Source of the DNA: Planctomycetota bacterium
Lineage (GTDB): Bacteria > Planctomycetota > UBA1135 > UBA2386
Length of the DNA stretch: 64,000 nucleotides
Direction: 5' to 3'
Assembly (NCBI GenBank): GCA_046290465.1
Contig: JBKAGP010000001.1
Coordinates: forward strand, 2,880,001 to 2,944,000
This document shows, piece after piece, positions 60,106-64,000 of this stretch. Under the pieces are notes generated by a model. It made no database searches. It was not told where the DNA came from and saw only the letters and a list, made by a program, of their open reading frames with translations. The first letter of the stretch is position 1. Every line of letters begins with the position of its first letter. The position numbers and the translations under genes are program-made.

Positions 60106-62786
60106 CACAGCCTCACCCCCAATCCCGGCGACTGGGACTGACGCCACGCCTGATCTTCCAGCTGCAGCTGGTCCTGGATCGTCGTCGCAAGCTCCTCCCT
60201 CCGACTACGCTGCATGCTGCGGGACAACTCGGCGAGCCCCTCTCCAACCGCGATCTCGTGCGTGTAGACATGGAGGTCGTGCGCCTGCCTGGTCAGCGCC
60301 ACGTAGCTGAGTTCTGCGTCCAGATTCCCCGGATCGGCTAGCACGAGTGCTCGATCCACGGTCTTGCCCTGGACACGGTGGATCGTTGCCGCGAATCCTA
60401 GCTCGACGTGCGGATACACGCGCAGATCGACGTCGGCAAACAGTTCGGCCCCGTTGCGCCCCTCTCGATCAAGACGCACGCGCAGATGACGACCGCTCGC
60501 AGCAACGACCTCTCCGAAGTCTCCGTTCACTACGCCACCGGGCTTCTTTGCCCACAAGCGCCCCCGCCCACCGAACGCAGTGACGTCAACTCGGAACGAG
60601 TTGCGGCGCAGCACGACGCGGTCACCGAGGTGGAAGCACAACGGAGAAGCTCCAGCGCCCCGATACAGCTTGGTGCCGCGCTCACCGAGTTCCACGGGCG
60701 CACCGACCCGCTCGCCACGCTCGATTCGGGCCTTCTGCACCTGCTCGTTCAGCCGAGTAACTTGCGAGCGCGTCGATGCGATGATCAGCGTGTCTCGCCT
60801 CTGACCGGCCCCATAGGACATGTAGCGATCGACACAGGCGTTGATCGGACTCTCCTCCCCACCGCAGACGTGGAGTCTGTCGTGTTCTGCGAGCAGGCGA
60901 AGCGCCTCGTCGGCCTCGCGACTGCGGACGTGACCGCTGAGAGCCTGCATCCACGGTTGCTCCCGCTGCCTCCAGTTCTTCTTGAGCTCGATGTGGCCGA
61001 CCAGATCCGCGAGCCTTGAGAACAGAGAGGCGCCTGAAAGCACAGGACCAAGCTGGCGCTCGTCACCACACAGGATGACCTTCGCCCCCGCTTGCTTGGC
61101 CCTATCGATCACCTTGGCCAGCTTGCGGAATCCCACCATCGCAGCCTCATCGACGACGATGTAGTCGCCCTTCCGAACCTGCATGTGCGACGGGTTCCAG
61201 GTCATACTCCTCGGGTTGACCAAAACCCGCAGGAGCATGCGCACGTGATGGCGCAGCGCTCTTGCCGGCACCGAATGCGACAGGCGCTCGAACCGGTCCA
61301 CGGTGAACGTGCTCTCGATCCGCGCTCCGGCCGCCAGCTCCTCGCGCGCCACACCTGTCGGAGCAAGCCCGATCACGCGTCGCCCCTCCGCATCTGCCGC
61401 CGCCACCAGCGCGGCAAGCAGCCGCGTCTTGCCGGTCCCGGCCGCCCCCTTGAGGACCTTGATAGCGCCCTTCGTCCCAGCGAGGTGCTTCAACGCTACT
61501 CGCTGCTCCCGATCCAGCCCGAGACGCCGAGCCACCTTGTCGAGCTGCTCTTCGCGAACGCGGTGCCCCGCCGCCTTGTGCATTGCCTCGGCATTCGCCA
61601 GGGCGTCCACCTCCACCCCGTAGTTCTCGCGAGTGGTGTAGAGCACGCTGCCGCGTCGCTCGCCCAGCCTGTGAACCCGCTCATCGTTCTGCAACACGTG
61701 ATCCACCGCCCGTACGACATCGCCGATCCGCGCATGACCACCTCGGCATGCATATGCGGCGACCCTCTGAACGTCGGTCTCGCGGAAGGAGGAATGTTGC
61801 GCGGCGACCTGACCGACCGCCCGGCTGGCAGCTCGCCGCGCATTTGTCCGGCTGCGGTCCAGGTTTCCCTTCGCCCGCCATCCGAACAGCCTGCTGATGC
61901 TCTGCTTCGTCACGCCATACCGCGACGCTGTCGCCCGCCACTCGCCGACCAGATCGTCGAAGGAACGCTCGATCTTGCTCGGCCGGATCCGTAGCTGGAT
62001 CGCCTCGCGGGCCTTCGCCGACTCGTATCCCAACTGCCCCGCCTTCTGCAGGAGCTTCGCCCGCGCCTTCGAGAACTCCTTGAGGACCTCTTCTGGAATC
62101 CCGCAGAGCTCGAAACCGTCTTTCGTCTTGCGGACCGCGAGCCCTTCGGCCCGGAGCCGCGAGGCCAACTCGGACGTCGCCATCGCGCCCAAAGCCATCT
62201 TCGCCTCGTATAGCGAACGGCTCTGCAAGGAACCCCAGGTACCGTCCTGTCTCAGGCCGGCATTGAAGATCACAACGTGGCAATGCAGCTGCGGATCCCC
62301 GTGGCGAGACTCGATGTGCCAGAACTTCACGACCACGAGTCCGGCAACCTGTTCGGAGCGCATCCCACCCTTTCCTCTCCGCGCCTTCACCACGTGGTCT
62401 TCGATGTGTCGGACCAGTGAGTCAACCGTCTCGTTCACCGCCCCCTGCACAGTTCGGCGCACGTCGTCGCTACCGAGCAGAGCAACGACGCTGACGCTCT
62501 TCGGGACGCTGATGGTCATGTCCCAAGCCGCATCACTGTCGTCCCCGTAGTTCTGACGCAACTGCTCGGCTTGAGGGCCAATCGCCCTACTCATGTCCGA
62601 GAACCTCTGCAACGTGACCTTCTCACCAAGCAGATCCAGTTCGTCTGCCCCCACACCCCCAAAGACGGGGACCGCACCGTCCTGCAGCAGGTAGCGCAGA
62701 AAGCGAAGTTCGTCACCTTCGCGCTCGATGTCCTGCCTGTGGTAGGACACGAGGTTGCCGGATCCCGATGACATGGAGACGAGCAT
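60105..62786 (-). CDS. MOBF (TrwC/TraI-like) relaxase with RecD-like helicase
   Basis: DMTISVPKSVS, H..SR.GDPQLHCH (HUH), GAAGTGKT, DEAAM, GDERQL, TIHRVQG, YVALTR. Confidence 0.93.
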   Translation of the reverse strand: MLVSMSSGSGNLVSYHRQDIEREGDELRFLRYLLQDGAVPVFGGVGADELDLLGEKVTLQRFSDMSRAIGPQAEQLRQNYGDDSDAAWDMTISVPKSVSVVALLGSDDVRRTVQGAVNETVDSLVRHIEDHVVKARRGKGGMRSEQVAGLVVVKFWHIESRHGDPQLHCHVVIFNAGLRQDGTWGSLQSRSLYEAKMALGAMATSELASRLRAEGLAVRKTKDGFELCGIPEEVLKEFSKARAKLLQKAGQLGYESAKAREAIQLRIRPSKIERSFDDLVGEWRATASRYGVTKQSISRLFGWRAKGNLDRSRTNARRAASRAVGQVAAQHSSFRETDVQRVAAYACRGGHARIGDVVRAVDHVLQNDERVHRLGERRGSVLYTTRENYGVEVDALANAEAMHKAAGHRVREEQLDKVARRLGLDREQRVALKHLAGTKGAIKVLKGAAGTGKTRLLAALVAAADAEGRRVIGLAPTGVAREELAAGARIESTFTVDRFERLSHSVPARALRHHVRMLLRVLVNPRSMTWNPSHMQVRKGDYIVVDEAAMVGFRKLAKVIDRAKQAGAKVILCGDERQLGPVLSGASLFSRLADLVGHIELKKNWRQREQPWMQALSGHVRSREADEALRLLAEHDRLHVCGGEESPINACVDRYMSYGAGQRRDTLIIASTRSQVTRLNEQVQKARIERGERVGAPVELGERGTKLYRGAGASPLCFHLGDRVVLRRNSFRVDVTAFGGRGRLWAKKPGGVVNGDFGEVVAASGRHLRVRLDREGRNGAELFADVDLRVYPHVELGFAATIHRVQGKTVDRALVLADPGNLDAELSYVALTRQAHDLHVYTHEIAVGEGLAELSRSMQRSRREELATTIQDQLQLEDQAWRQSQSPGLGVRL

Positions 62787-63035
62787 CTGCTGCGTGGTCT
62801 AGTTGGCGCTGAGGTGGAAAGCGGAACTGCGACGCAGGCGTTGCCCTTCGCACCGGGGCGCTCGGTGCGGCGTCCTCATGGCAGCCCGTTGGATGTAGCC
62901 AACGAGCTCAAGAACCAACTCATCAGCCATGAAGTGCGGTCGCACGAGATGGCCCATCCCGCCCCATCTGCGCAGACCGTCTCCCAGCTCCAGATGGACA
63001 GACGCTGGCTCCTGTGTCCTCGGTGACATCATCGT

Positions 63036-63395
63036 TCAGCTCCCGTTCATGTCGTGGTTCGGCACCGGCATCACGGGCACCTTCTCCTTCACCCACTTGT
63101 TGACGGCCTTGCGGCCGACGTCGCCGTCCTTAGCGAAGTTCAGCAGAATCGCCTCGCCGAACGCCTTCTGACGCTCGCCCAACACAGCCACTGCGTGCAG
63201 CAGCTGGTTTGCTACGAGGCCTACGCCGCCAGCTGGTGACTCGACCTCCCGGCCTTCCACGCCGATCGCGTCAGCAAGCAAGTCGCGAATCACCTCGGAG
63301 AGCGACTTCCCGGAGCGCTTGGCCCTCAGCATGAGTTCGGCGTACATGTCCGAGTCCAGACGAACGGAGGTCACCTTGCCGCTGAGATTGGTCAT
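63036..63395 (-). CDS. Ribbon-helix-helix protein (relaxosome accessory candidate)
   Basis: VTSVRLDSDMYAELMLRAKRSGKSLSEVIRDLL. Confidence 0.8.
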   Translation of the reverse strand: MTNLSGKVTSVRLDSDMYAELMLRAKRSGKSLSEVIRDLLADAIGVEGREVESPAGGVGLVANQLLHAVAVLGERQKAFGEAILLNFAKDGDVGRKAVNKWVKEKVPVMPVPNHDMNGS

Positions 63396-63913
63396 GCGTT
63401 TTCCTCGACGGTGATGGCGTCGGCCCACACGGCCTCGAAGTTGGCCTCGTCTTCCTCGTCCTCCGTGAAGATGGCGAGGACCTCGACCGCATTTGGGTAA
63501 CCCCCGAACGTCGGGGCCGTCGCTCGCGCGGCGATCGAGTAGCCGCGCATCCGGACTTCCGAGATCACCCGATCCCAAACCGCTGCTCGAGCCCCAGACC
63601 GCACACCATCGATGAGCAGCACGAGGCCACGCCGGTCGCTCAGCGGACGCACGAACCTAGTGGTGCGCCCAGGATCGACGGCCAACTGTGACCAGGCCAT
63701 GGAAGCCGCAATGACCTCAGGATCGTCCGGCCTAGCTGGCCAAGCCTGATCGAGGTCATCCTCCTGATCCGCTGCCATGATCAAGCCACGATGGACCAGT
63801 TCGCTAATCGCGGACGAAACGCTCAGGCCTTCCCGTCGGGCGAAGGCAACGAGGTCGCTATGCAGGCCCAGGTCGAGACGACAGGCAACAGTGCGCAAGG
63901 CGAACCTGCTCAC
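63392..63913 (-). CDS. RHH-containing hypothetical protein
   Basis: VACRLDLGLHSDLVAFARREGLSVSSAISELV. Confidence 0.7.
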   Translation of the reverse strand: MSRFALRTVACRLDLGLHSDLVAFARREGLSVSSAISELVHRGLIMAADQEDDLDQAWPARPDDPEVIAASMAWSQLAVDPGRTTRFVRPLSDRRGLVLLIDGVRSGARAAVWDRVISEVRMRGYSIAARATAPTFGGYPNAVEVLAIFTEDEEDEANFEAVWADAITVEENA

Positions 63914-63999
63914 TTGCCCTCCTCAGCGATGACCGCGTCAGCCCACAGCTCCATGAACAAGGCCTCTTCGCCGCTGTCATCGCAGAAGATGGCGACGAC
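63910..63999 (-). CDS. 3' end of a gene paralogous to 63392-63913 (partial)
   Basis: VVAIFCDDSGEEALFMELWADAVIAEEGK* resembles VLAIFTEDEEDEANFEAVWADAITVEENA*. Confidence 0.6.
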   Translation of the reverse strand, partial: VVAIFCDDSGEEALFMELWADAVIAEEGK

Positions 64000-64000
64000 C

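Larger units (their letters stand above)
53194..64000 (-). mobile_element. Integrative mobilizable/conjugative element at tRNA-Gly (left portion)
   Basis: Integrase, Xis, relaxase and coupling protein; lower GC3 than the backbone. Confidence 0.9.

Noticed and set aside
62799..63032. 77-aa ORF upstream of the relaxase
   Set aside because: No recognisable features; more likely non-coding oriT or promoter DNA.

Overview
High-GC bacterial chromosome segment. Planctomycetota-like host is inferred from sulfatases, an ECF/anti-sigma pair, GldG-type ABC genes and many secreted proteins with 'AQ' signal-peptide ends. Three parts. (1) 1-11718 is the right end of a leftward-reading temperate prophage, bounded by a 3'-half tRNA-Phe duplicate (att core). 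It carries J-domain, DUF5131, iteron-containing initiator, HD hydrolase, AAA ATPase and lambda Nu1/gpA-like terminase genes, a lambda-like cosQ/cosN site, and an unexpected 642-aa secreted protein. (2) ~11.7-53.1 kb is host backbone. Highlights are a TlpA-like selenoprotein (in-frame UGA in UPPC plus a SECIS hairpin, split in two by the ORF track), a DUF4340 protein with an inserted GspG-like domain, and a complete sigma54 promoter (UAS/IHF/-24/-12). (3) From tRNA-Gly(CCC) at 53119-53193 to the window end is an integrative mobilizable/conjugative element: tyrosine integrase reading into the tRNA, excisionase, MOBF relaxase-helicase, TrwB-like coupling ATPase, RHH proteins, and a translationally coupled, uncharacterised module of TM/coiled-coil/J-like + vWA + membrane proteins. 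All family calls come from motif recognition by eye; no database searches were run.
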